Shown: piece by piece, positions 10,183 through 20,115 of the stretch
Layout of the letters: each line of letters begins with the position of its first letter
Numbering within the stretch: the stretch's first letter is position 1
Source of the DNA: Leptolyngbyaceae cyanobacterium
Lineage (GTDB): Bacteria; Cyanobacteriota; Cyanobacteriia; Phormidesmidales; Phormidesmidaceae
Length of the DNA stretch: 64,000 nt
Direction of reading: 5' to 3'
Assembly: GCA_050331235.1 (NCBI GenBank)
Contig: JBHJHA010000012.1
Span: forward strand, 1-64,000
The notes under the pieces: model-generated
The model's input: the letters and a program-made list of their open reading frames with translations, nothing else
Told to the model about the DNA's origin: nothing
The model's database searches: none
Made by a program: the position numbers and the translations under genes

Positions 10183-10749
10183 CTAGGCGGCGTCTTGCTC
10201 TTTTTCGGATACAGCTTTGAGTGCTCTCGACAAAGATGCTGGAACCTCTTTGATGCCAACGGCCAGCTGCTTGGGTACCGCATTGGTTCCCACTGCCAAT
10301 TTGGTTGGAATGGCATTGATAGCACCGGCAATCCGAGCAATAAGCTCTTCTTTTGTTGGCAATTCAGTGATTGCATCTAGATCGGCATTGGTCAAGGCCC
10401 TCCCTTCCATGACGCCACCGCGAAGTTCGGTCTTCTTAGTGTCTTTTTGAAAGGATTTGTAGGCTTTGATAGCCCCGCCCAAATCATCCTGAACCAACAA
10501 GAACGCTGACGAATCCTTAAGGAATTGCGTCATCGGCTGCCAGTTTTCATCGTTTTCCACCGCGATCCGCATTAAGGTGTTTTTAGTCACCTTGCAGATT
10601 GCGCCTTTTTCCCGCAGGCGATCGCGCAAATCCGTAATTTCAGCTACTGATAAACCCTTAAAGTCAATCACCATAGCCAATTGAGCTTCGCTTAACAACC
10701 CTTGCAGTTCGGCAACGATTTCTTTTTTGTTTTCGAATGTTCTACCCAT
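10183..10749 (-). CDS. rplJ: 50S ribosomal protein L10
   Basis: KVTKNTL, LPTKEELIA; operon position. Confidence 0.98.
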   Translation of the reverse strand: MGRTFENKKEIVAELQGLLSEAQLAMVIDFKGLSVAEITDLRDRLREKGAICKVTKNTLMRIAVENDENWQPMTQFLKDSSAFLLVQDDLGGAIKAYKSFQKDTKKTELRGGVMEGRALTNADLDAITELPTKEELIARIAGAINAIPTKLAVGTNAVPKQLAVGIKEVPASLSRALKAVSEKEQDAA

Positions 10750-10823
10750 ATCGGTCTCACCTCCTTTTGGGTTGAGATCCAGTCGTCAATCAAGCCTTTG
10801 TTGCTATCTGAAAAATTGGCATT

Positions 10824-10852
10824 AAAAAAGCCTCAGCTCAACACCGAGGCTT
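10824..10852 (-). terminator. Terminator-like hairpin in the rplJ leader
   Basis: AAGCCTCGG-TGTTGAG-CTGAGGCTT followed by TTTT. Confidence 0.65.
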
Positions 10853-10913
10853 GAAAGTCTCAGACAAGGCCCTCGACCGACAAACGGTAAGCACCTGATC
10901 TAAAAGACTTCTG

Positions 10914-10954
10914 AACCTCGGTAGGACTTAATTAGTTGCCTACTATCTACGGTT
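10914..10954 (-). promoter_or_regulatory. L10 ribosomal protein leader (autoregulatory RNA)
   Basis: AACCGTAGATAGTAGG...CCTACCGAGGTT with GTAGG/CCTAC stem and GA-rich internal loop, between rplA and rplJ. Confidence 0.8.
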
Positions 10955-11014
10955 ACTAATTCAATTTGAGGTTGAATTGGCTTCCGAAACGTATTCCTCA
11001 AATATCAACAAAAG

Positions 11015-11731
11015 CTAAGCTGCCTCTGCCAACTTATAGTCACGCAGGGCATTTATGTCCACTTCAATGGAAGGCCCCATTGTAGCAGAAACATAAACAG
11101 TTCGCCAATAACGTCCTTTTGCCCCGGAAGGCTTGTTGCGGTCAACGCACTCCTGCAACGCCTTTAGGTTGGTCAGCAAATCTTCGGAGTCAAAAGTTGC
11201 TTTACCAAACTGAACATGGACAATACCGGACTTATCAGCTCGGAACTCTAACTTACCCGCTTTGAATTCTTCAATGGCTGTGGGTAAATCGGCGGTCACA
11301 GTTCCCCCCTTGGGCGAAGGCATCAATCCCCGAGGCCCCAGTAGACGGCCCAGCTTAGCGATTTTGGGCATCATATCTGGCGTCGCAATCAAAACGTCAA
11401 AGTCCATCATGCCCTTCTGGATCTCATCAATCAGCTCTTCAGACCCAGAAAGATCCGCTCCGGCGTTGGTTGCTTCGGCTACTTTTTCGCCACGGGCAAT
11501 CACCGCTACACGAATAGTTTGACCGGTTCCTTTGGGCAAGATTACTGTCGTTCTTAGCTGCTGGTCCGTGTACTTAGGATCAATGCCTAAACGGATATGG
11601 GCTTCAGCCGACTCAGAAAACTTTGCCGTGGCAGTTTCCTTGAGTAATGCCAAAGCCTCTATGGGCTCGTAAGGACGATCTTCGACCTTAGCTTGCAGCT
11701 CTCGTAAGCGCTTCGAAACTTTCTTAGCCAT
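11015..11731 (-). CDS. rplA: 50S ribosomal protein L1
   Basis: [20 protein letters not shown]. Confidence 0.98.
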   Translation of the reverse strand: MAKKVSKRLRELQAKVEDRPYEPIEALALLKETATAKFSESAEAHIRLGIDPKYTDQQLRTTVILPKGTGQTIRVAVIARGEKVAEATNAGADLSGSEELIDEIQKGMMDFDVLIATPDMMPKIAKLGRLLGPRGLMPSPKGGTVTADLPTAIEEFKAGKLEFRADKSGIVHVQFGKATFDSEDLLTNLKALQECVDRNKPSGAKGRYWRTVYVSATMGPSIEVDINALRDYKLAEAA

Positions 11732-11818
11732 TTTCTTTCTCCTCGGGGTCATCACGAAGCTCAGCCTCTGCCCCAGATAATGTAATCAGTGTCATTTGGC
11801 AAAGCCAACTAAGAAATC

Positions 11819-12244
11819 TTAGTCAGCAACGGTCACACCCATGTTACGGGCAGTGCCTTCCACGATGCGCATAGCCGCTTCGACGTCATTGGCATTGAGG
11901 TCAGGCATCTTGGTTTCCGCAATCTCTTTGAGTTGAGCACGGGTAATGGAACCTACTTTTTCCCGATTGGGCTGGCCTGAACCCTTTTCAATACCGATCG
12001 CTTTTTTAATCAGTACCGATGCAGGGGGCGTCTTCAAAATAAAGGTAAAGCTTCGGTCCTCAAACACCGAAATCTCTACGGGTACCACCAAACCAGCCTT
12101 ATCGGCAGTTCTAGCGTTGTACTCTTTGCAAAACGCCATAATATTGACCCCGTGCTGACCCAAAGCCGGGCCAATTGGCGGGGCAGGGGTGGCTTTCCCG
12201 GCTGGGATTGCCAACTTAATCAGTGCAACTACCTTCTTCGCCAT
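11819..12244 (-). CDS. rplK: 50S ribosomal protein L11
   Basis: [28 protein letters not shown]. Confidence 0.98.
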   Translation of the reverse strand: MAKKVVALIKLAIPAGKATPAPPIGPALGQHGVNIMAFCKEYNARTADKAGLVVPVEISVFEDRSFTFILKTPPASVLIKKAIGIEKGSGQPNREKVGSITRAQLKEIAETKMPDLNANDVEAAMRIVEGTARNMGVTVAD

Positions 12245-12247
12245 CGA

Positions 12248-12886
12248 TTAACTCTCTTTTTGTACCTGATTAAACTCTAATTCCACTGGGGTGTCACGCC
12301 CAAAGATAGATAGCAAAGCCTTGAGCTTACTACGCTCTGGACTCACCTCAATAACCTCACCCTCAAAGTCCTTGAAGGGTCCGGAGAGGACGGAAATGCG
12401 ATCGCCCGCATCCATATCAACCTTGACCACAGGCTGCTGCTCTTGGGTCTGCTTGAAGATCCGTTCAACCTCTGCGCGACCCAAAGGCATGGGTTTCACG
12501 TGCCCTCGGCCTCGACCATAAGCACGGCGCTGTTCAGCACCGACAAAGTTGATGACATGGGGCGTATTCTTAATCACCTGCCAGGCATCATCATCCATCA
12601 TCATGCGGATGAGTACATAGCCCGGAAAAACTTTCTCATCAACATTAGTGTGAGAACCGTCTTTGCGCACCTTTTTGACAGGCGTCTGAGGAATCTCAAT
12701 TTGCAAAACTCGGTCTGCGACATCAAGGGTCTGTAAACGCTGCTCCAGACTCGCTTTGACCTTCTTTTCACAGCCTGAAGCAACCTGCACAGCGTACCAC
12801 CGGGCCGGCTTTTTCTTTTTTTCTTCGCCGCTTTCCTCAGTGTGGTCTAAGTCACTACCGCCGTTAAAGTCTGCTTCCGAAACCAT
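12248..12886 (-). CDS. nusG: Transcription factor NusG
   Basis: WYAVQVASGCE, FPGYVL, KOW GPFKDFEG, FGRDTPVEL. Confidence 0.97.
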   Translation of the reverse strand: MVSEADFNGGSDLDHTEESGEEKKKKPARWYAVQVASGCEKKVKASLEQRLQTLDVADRVLQIEIPQTPVKKVRKDGSHTNVDEKVFPGYVLIRMMMDDDAWQVIKNTPHVINFVGAEQRRAYGRGRGHVKPMPLGRAEVERIFKQTQEQQPVVKVDMDAGDRISVLSGPFKDFEGEVIEVSPERSKLKALLSIFGRDTPVELEFNQVQKES

Positions 12887-13135
12887 TTAGAATACCTGCC
12901 TAGATGCCCAGCCAAATAACTGATCAATCAAATAAATTAACGTCGCTGAAAGGCTCACCATCAGAATGACGGCAGCTGACTCGCTGATGAGCTGTTGACG
13001 AGACGGCCACACGACCTTGGCTAGCTCATCCTTCGTACCTTTCACGAAAGCCACGGCATTGTTTTCCCCGGGTGATGACGCCTTGACAGTCACCTCACGA
13101 GTACTTTCCTGTTTATCAGCTTCTTTCTTAGCCAC
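12887..13135 (-). CDS. secE: Preprotein translocase SecE
   Basis: ELAKVVWPSR plus one TM helix; upstream of nusG. Confidence 0.95.
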   Translation of the reverse strand: MAKKEADKQESTREVTVKASSPGENNAVAFVKGTKDELAKVVWPSRQQLISESAAVILMVSLSATLIYLIDQLFGWASRQVF

Positions 13136-13269
13136 GGTATCGCCCTACCTAATCGTCTAATCGCAAAGCAATAAATTTTGCTCTACACCCTAAACCTTGA
13201 TATCACTTCTAAAACATCACCTGACCCAAAGATTTGTCAAACCTTTGGGTCAGCGTGTTATTAGACCAG

Positions 13270-13342
13270 CGCGCCCTCGAGGACTCGAACCCCGGACATC
13301 AGGTTTTGGAGACCTGCGTTCTACCAACTGAACTAAGGACGC
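13270..13342 (-). tRNA. trnW: tRNA-Trp(CCA)
   Basis: GCGTCCT acceptor, CAGGT-CTCCAAA-ACCTG anticodon arm, GGTTCGAGTCC; usual position upstream of secE. Confidence 0.97.
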
Positions 13343-13395
13343 ATGTGGCAGCCCCACGGGGCTTTTATGCTATCACGGATAGCTTCGCGATGCGT

Positions 13396-13758
13396 TTAGA
13401 GACTGCGGTCAAACCGCTGCTTGAGGCGGGTTGCCTTACCCACGCGATCGCGCAAATAGTACAGCTTCGCCCGACGCGCTTTACCCCGACGTATGATCTT
13501 AATGTTGGCGATCCGAGGTGCATGAACGAGAAAAACTCGCTCAACTCCAACCCCTTGAAAAATTCGGCGGACTGTAATCGACTCATTAATGCCGCCATTG
13601 CGCATGGCAATGACAGTGCCCTCGTAGGGCTGGACTCGTTCCTTGCCCCCTTCTTGGATGCTAACACCGATGCGAACGGTGTCGCCGACAAAAATTTCGG
13701 GAAGATCAGTTTTGATATGGTCCGCTTCTAGCGAACGAATAGCTTGCTCAGCATTCAT
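13396..13758 (-). CDS. rplS: 50S ribosomal protein L19
   Basis: [25 protein letters not shown]. Confidence 0.97.
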   Translation of the reverse strand: MNAEQAIRSLEADHIKTDLPEIFVGDTVRIGVSIQEGGKERVQPYEGTVIAMRNGGINESITVRRIFQGVGVERVFLVHAPRIANIKIIRRGKARRAKLYYLRDRVGKATRLKQRFDRSL

Positions 13759-14015
13759 GGTTTTTGGAAAAAAGCGCACAGTCTTTAATGATAGGACAGG
13801 AGATGGAGTTACGTCTAGTCCCTTCGGGCAAATGTTGGCAAGAATGTCGTGTGGCTGCCAAGGTCCAGGCTCACCGCTGATCGAGCCGGCAAGCTACACT
13901 GCTAGACGGAGTGTTCCTAGCATAGAGCTCAATGGTAGCTTGCATTTACACTCTGAATGATCAGGCAGACTTTGCCGTCCACATTTTTGCTTTGTTCGCG
14001 ATCTCGTTACTTTCC

Positions 14016-14843
14016 ATGAATCTGCTATCTCAATTGTTGTCTCGTCCTAATCGCAAATCGGTCAGTCGTCGCCGCTCCCGTGGCGTTGAGATCAAAACTG
14101 AGACCGAGATCCTAGTTATGCGAGAGGCTTCCCGCATTGTGGCTACGGTGCTTAAAGAGATTGTTGACCGGGTCGAACCGGGAATGACAACGGCTGATCT
14201 GGACGCTTATGCAGAAAGTCGCATCCGGGCTCTGGGCGCAACCCCCAGCTTCAAGGGATATCACGGCTTTCCGGGTAGCATTTGCGCTTGCTTAAATGAT
14301 GAAGTCGTCCACGGCATTCCTCGGGTCAATAAGGTGATCCGCGCAGGGGATGTGTTGAAAGTAGACACCGGGGCCTACTTCCAAGGATTTCACGGTGACT
14401 CCTGTATTACGATTCCGGTGGGCACGGTCTCCGCAACGGCTCAGGCATTGATCCAAACGGCTGAGGCTTGTTTGTATGCTGGCATCCGGCAGGTCAAGGC
14501 GGGGCATACCTTGTTAGACATTGCGGGCGCAATTGAAGATGCCACCGTGGGCTCTGGCTTCAGCATCGTCGAAAATTATGTTGGCCATGGTGTAGGCCGT
14601 AACCTGCACGAGCCGCCGTCGGTCTTTAATTGTCGCACTCGGCAATTGCCCAATGTTACCCTCCAAGCAGGGATGACCCTAGCGATTGAGCCCATTTTGA
14701 ATGCGGGTAAAAAGCATACTCGGACGCTAGGCGATCGCTGGACCGTCGTTACCTTAGACCGTTCACTATCGGCTCAGTTTGAGCACACGGTATTAGTCAC
14801 AGAAACCGGCTACGAAATTCTGACCGATCGCGATCGCCTCTAA
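14016..14843 (+). CDS. map: Type I methionine aminopeptidase
   Basis: VVHGIP, DTGA..HGDS, GHGVG..LHE, AIEP, SAQFEHT. Confidence 0.95.
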   Translation: MNLLSQLLSRPNRKSVSRRRSRGVEIKTETEILVMREASRIVATVLKEIVDRVEPGMTTADLDAYAESRIRALGATPSFKGYHGFPGSICACLNDEVVHGIPRVNKVIRAGDVLKVDTGAYFQGFHGDSCITIPVGTVSATAQALIQTAEACLYAGIRQVKAGHTLLDIAGAIEDATVGSGFSIVENYVGHGVGRNLHEPPSVFNCRTRQLPNVTLQAGMTLAIEPILNAGKKHTRTLGDRWTVVTLDRSLSAQFEHTVLVTETGYEILTDRDRL

Positions 14844-14902
14844 ACCTTCCGAAGCGTCTTGGAGTGCTGGTGCTTAACTATCAGTTAAAACCATAGAAGC
14901 TT

Positions 14903-16810
14903 TTACTGTTCTCGCGGATCAGCAGTCCACAGAACCACGAGGGTATTAGACCCACCACTGCCAAAAGGAACGATTGAAGCGTATAGCTGAGGCGTGCCAA
15001 CTACCGTCATCTGTAGCAGCAGCGCACCGCAGTACTCGCCAGCATCGCTGGGTTCAACTTGGTAAGCCCGCCCTAATGTCAGCGGCACAAACTCGGAATT
15101 TTCCGACAGGATCAGCGCATCGGCGGCGGCTTCAACCGGGACGAAACTTGTCTCAGAAATATCGGCTAGGAAACAACTTTGGTCGATATCCTCTGGCCAA
15201 CCGATTTGCAACGAGGCCGCAGCAATTTCTAATTGGGTGTTGAGACTGCCGGCGGGGTAGGCTTCAATTTGTTCGCGACCGTTGTCAATGAGTTGGGTTT
15301 GTTGCGCAGGGTCAAAGGCGATCGCCTCGCCTGTCGTCTCCGCCGGGTCTGATTCCGGTGAACCGCCGCTAGCCGATGGGTTGCCTGGGTCAGCATTTGC
15401 CGCTGTGGTACGACTGTCGGAAACCTCAAATGAGTCTGAATCGGTGGGCTGACAATTAACGCTGTTGTAATCGACCTCGACCTCAATCACATATAGCTTG
15501 ACCGATTCGGCTTCGGGAAACTCAAAGGTTGACACCAGTTCCTTAGCGGTTTCATCAAAGTTTTGATATCCCGTAGAGCGAATCTGGAAAGGTTCGTTGA
15601 CCAAACTACCATCGGGATTGACCACTACACCCCACTCTGCATCTTTAGGCTCAATGGGTAAGCAAATCTCCACTGGATAAGGAACCTCTGGCTCAAAGTC
15701 TTCAAATTCTTCGGCCATCAGTTCCCCTTCAGAGGGCAGGTCGACGTTTTCTGCCTCCTCCAAGGATTTTATCCAACGCTCTTGGGCCGCTTTGGCATCC
15801 CTCGGCGTCGTCAGATCGGGCCCCACGTACTGATCCAAAACAGCAAAATATTCAGCCGGCACCTTATCGACATCGGGGGGCCACTCACAGCCATCGGCGT
15901 CATAATCGACGCTGACCTCTGCCAGATAGGCCTTGGGCTCATCGGTATCAGGGAAGCTATATTGTCTGATTTGATCAGCGGCGGCATTATCAAAGTTACG
16001 GTAACCTGTTCGCTGTACAAAGGGTTGATAAGGATCCACTGTGCCCTCAGCATCCACTAGCACCAGCAGTTGGGCTTTACGGGGAGCACTGGGTAAGCAA
16101 ATGTTGGCTTCGTAGGGCAGGGGATCCAAGCCGTCCAGTGGCTCAATTTCTAAATTAGTAAATTCCGCCCCGCGATCGCTAAAACTTTCCAGCCAGGTCA
16201 TTTGCGCCGCGGCGGCATCCTCGTCCGAAACCTTGACGCCGTTATATTCCGCAAATACTGCAATGTATTGCTCAAAGGGCGTCGGCCCTGATGCGGTGTT
16301 GGCCCCGGGAGTCCTGCCGATACCGCTAGTCGAGCGTCCTACGTCAGGATTGGGCGGATTCGGGTTGTCAGCGGAGGGCACATCTGACAAGTCAGGTACT
16401 TGTGGTTGCGCAGAGGTGCCCGAAGCGCGGCTGCGCTGGGACGAAACACTGCTTTGACTGTTAGAGCGAGTCCCTTGAGCGGCACCACTCGATCGCCTAG
16501 ATGCGGTAGTTGCCCCCGATGGGCGGGCAGCGGTTTGAGTTTGAGGCGCAGTTTTGACGGTGCCAGCGTTTGTCGGCGGAGTAGAGACCCGCGGCGTAGG
16601 TGCATCAATCTTGGTAATCGCGATACCGTCTTCTTCCGGATCCGGCGGCGGCAGTAGATCGTCATCGGAGGGCCCCACCGGTGTGAACAAGACCAGACCA
16701 TGTAGCCCGACGGAAACTAGCAGCATGGGTGCGAGTAGCCAGCGCCAATATTGAGGCGACGCCTTTTTGGACCGGGGGGGCGACTTCAGCGTTTTGCTAT
16801 CTTGGACCAT
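14903..16810 (-). CDS. TonB-like membrane-anchored protein with two TonB C-terminal-like repeats and an unrecognised C-terminal domain
   Basis: TM with SVGLH, Pro/Ser-rich linker, repeats VDAEG..RTGYRNFDNAA and VNPDG..STGYQNFDETA; C-terminus homologous to the next gene. Confidence 0.65.
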   Translation of the reverse strand: MVQDSKTLKSPPRSKKASPQYWRWLLAPMLLVSVGLHGLVLFTPVGPSDDDLLPPPDPEEDGIAITKIDAPTPRVSTPPTNAGTVKTAPQTQTAARPSGATTASRRSSGAAQGTRSNSQSSVSSQRSRASGTSAQPQVPDLSDVPSADNPNPPNPDVGRSTSGIGRTPGANTASGPTPFEQYIAVFAEYNGVKVSDEDAAAAQMTWLESFSDRGAEFTNLEIEPLDGLDPLPYEANICLPSAPRKAQLLVLVDAEGTVDPYQPFVQRTGYRNFDNAAADQIRQYSFPDTDEPKAYLAEVSVDYDADGCEWPPDVDKVPAEYFAVLDQYVGPDLTTPRDAKAAQERWIKSLEEAENVDLPSEGELMAEEFEDFEPEVPYPVEICLPIEPKDAEWGVVVNPDGSLVNEPFQIRSTGYQNFDETAKELVSTFEFPEAESVKLYVIEVEVDYNSVNCQPTDSDSFEVSDSRTTAANADPGNPSASGGSPESDPAETTGEAIAFDPAQQTQLIDNGREQIEAYPAGSLNTQLEIAAASLQIGWPEDIDQSCFLADISETSFVPVEAAADALILSENSEFVPLTLGRAYQVEPSDAGEYCGALLLQMTVVGTPQLYASIVPFGSGGSNTLVVLWTADPREQ

Positions 16811-16922
16811 TTTGGGCAGGGAAGTGTGGATAGATAAAACTCAAACAAGGCTAACGATGCGGCAACCGGAACTGAGGTTAGTGATAGATCAAGTTCCGTG
16901 CATAGAACCCGATCAACCATCG

Positions 16923-17795
16923 CTATCTCGGGTCAGACGTCCATAGGGCAACCACTACCGCGCCACCACCACGATCGCCGCCCGGCTCCATCAGCGACGC
17001 ATATAATTGCGGTACGCCGTTATCTTGCAATTCATACAAGCGAGCACCACAAAATTCTCCCACCAGAGCCTGGCTAGTACAATAGCCGCTATTGCACAGC
17101 ACCTCGGGAACGTAATCGATATTTTGCGTGACGACAACAGTGTCGATGACTCCATTTACCGGCGTTAGCCCGCCCGTATCAGGACTCGGATCAATCTCGG
17201 CAAAAAAGCATCCCGGATCTACGCCGCCTTTTAAACCATCCTGATCGATGTAGGCGGCAATCAATCCGGGATCACCTTGGTTCAGGCTACCAAACTCAGT
17301 GCTGCCAAGATTTTGCCGTCCACCTCCAGCCAAAGCACTTTGCCGTGCTGGGTCAAACGACCCGCCTCCCTGCTCCTCCGGAAAATCGTCTTCTTCAGGA
17401 AAGACATCTTCCTCTGGTGCCGGATCCGGCGCTGGTTGAACTTGCTCCGGATCTGGGGGCGGAGGCACCTCTGCTGGTGGGGCAGGAGTTTCTGGCTGTG
17501 ATGGCTGAGGCTGTTCCGGGGGGGGCTCTTCGGGGGGGGGCTCCGGGGCCGGCAACTCCGACGGCGTGAGAATATCCACGGGCGCCTCTTCTTCCTCTTC
17601 GACCTCCTCTTCTGTCTCTGCCTCCTCAGCTTCGTCAGGGGTGGGCAGCGGCACAAATAACAGGGCAATGTGGAGAGCCACAGAGATCCCCATCAGGGGC
17701 GCAATCAACATCTGCCAGCGCCATTTGCGGGTGGCTACTTTCGCGGGTACTGGCTCCTGTGGAGTTTGCTTTTCCAAGGTCTCTGTGTTCGGCAT
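16923..17795 (-). CDS. TonB-anchor-like Pro/Glu-rich protein, paralog of the downstream gene
   Basis: TM with SVALH, Pro/Glu linker, C-terminal domain FDPA...PQLYAS...LWTSDPR. Confidence 0.65.
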   Translation of the reverse strand: MPNTETLEKQTPQEPVPAKVATRKWRWQMLIAPLMGISVALHIALLFVPLPTPDEAEEAETEEEVEEEEEAPVDILTPSELPAPEPPPEEPPPEQPQPSQPETPAPPAEVPPPPDPEQVQPAPDPAPEEDVFPEEDDFPEEQGGGSFDPARQSALAGGGRQNLGSTEFGSLNQGDPGLIAAYIDQDGLKGGVDPGCFFAEIDPSPDTGGLTPVNGVIDTVVVTQNIDYVPEVLCNSGYCTSQALVGEFCGARLYELQDNGVPQLYASLMEPGGDRGGGAVVVALWTSDPR

Positions 17796-18004
17796 GCCAA
17801 TAAGAGAATAACGCTATGGATATCGGTGAACTGCTAAATGGGCTATCAAAACCGTTGGCGCGACGTGTCAAATTCGAATTAATCTTCAGTCTTCCTTCCG
17901 CACCGAATTGGGCTACTCTATGACTTTATGCGGCCTATTCCCTGAATGACAGGCGTTGGGGGTCGCATTTGGGGCTTGCTATCTCTGCCTAGAAAGGCAT
18001 CGAA

Positions 18005-18904
18005 CTAGAGGCTCTCCAGAAGAAAGTCATATTCAACCGCAGTCAAAGGCAGTGCCCCGTTCTCAGTAATCAACGCAGTATCTCTGGCGGCTTGTAAGTA
18101 GTATTCGATAAAGCTCCGAACGTCTTCATTATTGAGCAATCCGGCATTGACGTAGACAAACAGGGGGCGGGCTAAGGGATACTCCCCAGCCGCAATATTT
18201 TCGATGCTAAGCTCAACGCCATCAATGCTCAAGGCTCTCAGCCGCTCAGCATCTTCCAAATAGTAGGGCAGTGACAAGTAACCCATGGCATTAGGCTCAG
18301 AGGCTACGGCTTTTACAATTAGCTCATCGTTATCGGCCACGGTGTAGTCTGTACGGCTAGCTCCTCTCTCTCCATTGATTTCGCCTGTGAAAACATCAAA
18401 TGTGCCAGAGTCCGCCCCACGAGCAAACAGGGTGATGGGTTGGCGAGGCCACTCAGGGTTAACTTGGTTACAATGCGTGAATGTGCCTTCAGCCTCAGGA
18501 GCCCAGATTTGATTGAGTGCTTGCGTAGAAACAGTCTCCAAAAAGGGACTTTGAGCCGAGGTAACTACGATGACCGCATCGACGGCAACAAACAGCTCAA
18601 TCCCATTGCTAGCAAAAACCTCAAGCTCCCGCTCGTAGATGGGCCGAGAGGCATTTGCTATGTCGATGTCCCCCGCGCAGAACTTTTGCATCCCCCGTCC
18701 AGTGCTGGAGCGATCGACCATGATATCGACATCTTCATGCTCTGCCATGAACTCTGTCGCGATCGCCTCAGTAATGTGAAATAGGAGCCTAGCCCCATCG
18801 ATCGCAATACCTGCTGGAGTTGGAGAAGGGATGCCGGCAAACAGGCCAGCTGAGGTTGCTAGCGCAATCCAGACATCTTTAGACTGACTCTCGTTAGCAA
18901 CCAC
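18005..18904 (-). CDS. Divergent PstS-family substrate-binding paralog (possibly degenerate)
   Basis: Colinear with the adjacent PstS (KFCAG, NASRPI, DSGTFD, LARPLFVY) but with altered phosphate-binding motifs. Confidence 0.8.
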   Translation of the reverse strand: MVANESQSKDVWIALATSAGLFAGIPSPTPAGIAIDGARLLFHITEAIATEFMAEHEDVDIMVDRSSTGRGMQKFCAGDIDIANASRPIYERELEVFASNGIELFVAVDAVIVVTSAQSPFLETVSTQALNQIWAPEAEGTFTHCNQVNPEWPRQPITLFARGADSGTFDVFTGEINGERGASRTDYTVADNDELIVKAVASEPNAMGYLSLPYYLEDAERLRALSIDGVELSIENIAAGEYPLARPLFVYVNAGLLNNEDVRSFIEYYLQAARDTALITENGALPLTAVEYDFLLESL

Positions 18905-19029
18905 CTAGCAAACCCCTTAAGCTCGAAACACGACGGACCAGCTGGATGACTAAAGGAAATAACCCGCTGAGTATTAGTCTGGTGTATTCGGTATTAGCCA
19001 TTGTCCAGAGATGAGCTCCTCGCTACTCA

Positions 19030-19072
19030 TAACAACCCCCAGGACAAAATAAGCTTGCCCTGGGGGTTGTTA
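19030..19072. terminator. 14-bp stem-loop between the two pstS genes
   Basis: TAACAACCCCCAGG ... CCTGGGGGTTGTTA. Confidence 0.7.
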
Positions 19073-19078
19073 GTCAAT

Positions 19079-19126
19079 CAGCAACTTAGCTGTAAGAACA
19101 ACCAGCAACTTAGCTGTAAGAACAAC
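19079..19126. repeat. Exact 24-bp tandem duplication
   Basis: CAGCAACTTAGCTGTAAGAACAAC twice, immediately after the pstS stop codon. Confidence 0.95.
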
Positions 19127-19128
19127 GC

Positions 19129-20058
19129 TTAGAGCTTGTCAATCTCTTCGTTGTACTCATCTTCAGTCAGCGGTACATAGCCGACTGCAGTTACCAGAGT
19201 GGTGTCACGGGCAGTCTCGAGGTAGTAGTTGACAAAAGCTTCAACTTCAGGGCGATCGAGCTCTGAAGGGTTGATGTAGATGAACAGGGGACGCGCTAGC
19301 GCATAGTCACCGTTCTTAGCATTTTCAGGCGTGGGAGCCACACCATCAACGCTCAGTGCCTTGAGCGTGTCTTCATTCTCGAGGAAGTAAGACAGACCGA
19401 AATAGCCCATTGCATTGGGGTTACGCTGAACACCCAAAACGATGATATTGTCGTCTTCACTAGCTGTGTAGTCAGCTCGGCTAGCACCTTCTTCGCCGTT
19501 GACTTCGTCAGTAAAGAAGTCAAAGGTACCGGAGTCAGTACCGGGGCCAAATAGGCTGATGGGAGCATTGGGCCAGCTAGAATCTACTTGATTCCAACGA
19601 GTGACACTGCCTTCGGCTTCGGGAGACCAGATAGTATTTAGCTCTTCGAGGGTGATGTTGGGGTTAGAGCCAGTGAAAACAGTGCTGTCTTGAGGTACAA
19701 CGACGGTTAGCGCGTCAGTACCGACCAAAACTTCGATGGGCTCGATGCCATTCTCGGCGCAAGCCTCGATTTCTTCGTCCTTAATCGGACGGGAAGCGTT
19801 GGAGATTGAAGTTTCGCCAGCGCAGAATTTACGGAAGCCACCACCAGTACCGGAAACGCCAACAACGATGTTGATACCGCTGTTATCAGACATGAATTCC
19901 TCAGCCATCGCCTCGGTTATGGGGAAGACAGTACTAGAACCATCAATCGAAATCAGTCCGTCTTGTGCCTGAGACTGAGAAGAAGAAACGGCGAGTAGAC
20001 CAATGGTCGTTGCTAGTGCTACAGAAGCACCCGCAAATTTAACCTTGTTTGCAAACAT
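19129..20058 (-). CDS. pstS: Phosphate ABC transporter substrate-binding protein
   Basis: [33 protein letters not shown]; signal peptide; GGAG RBS 8 nt before ATG 20058. Confidence 0.93.
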   Translation of the reverse strand: MFANKVKFAGASVALATTIGLLAVSSSQSQAQDGLISIDGSSTVFPITEAMAEEFMSDNSGINIVVGVSGTGGGFRKFCAGETSISNASRPIKDEEIEACAENGIEPIEVLVGTDALTVVVPQDSTVFTGSNPNITLEELNTIWSPEAEGSVTRWNQVDSSWPNAPISLFGPGTDSGTFDFFTDEVNGEEGASRADYTASEDDNIIVLGVQRNPNAMGYFGLSYFLENEDTLKALSVDGVAPTPENAKNGDYALARPLFIYINPSELDRPEVEAFVNYYLETARDTTLVTAVGYVPLTEDEYNEEIDKL

Positions 20059-20115
20059 TACACACACTCCGTGGAGTCATCAAAACTCAAAACCACCGTG
20101 TAAATTACTGCTTCA

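Noticed and set aside
19079..19126. CRISPR array
   Set aside because: Two abutting copies, no spacer, no cas genes.
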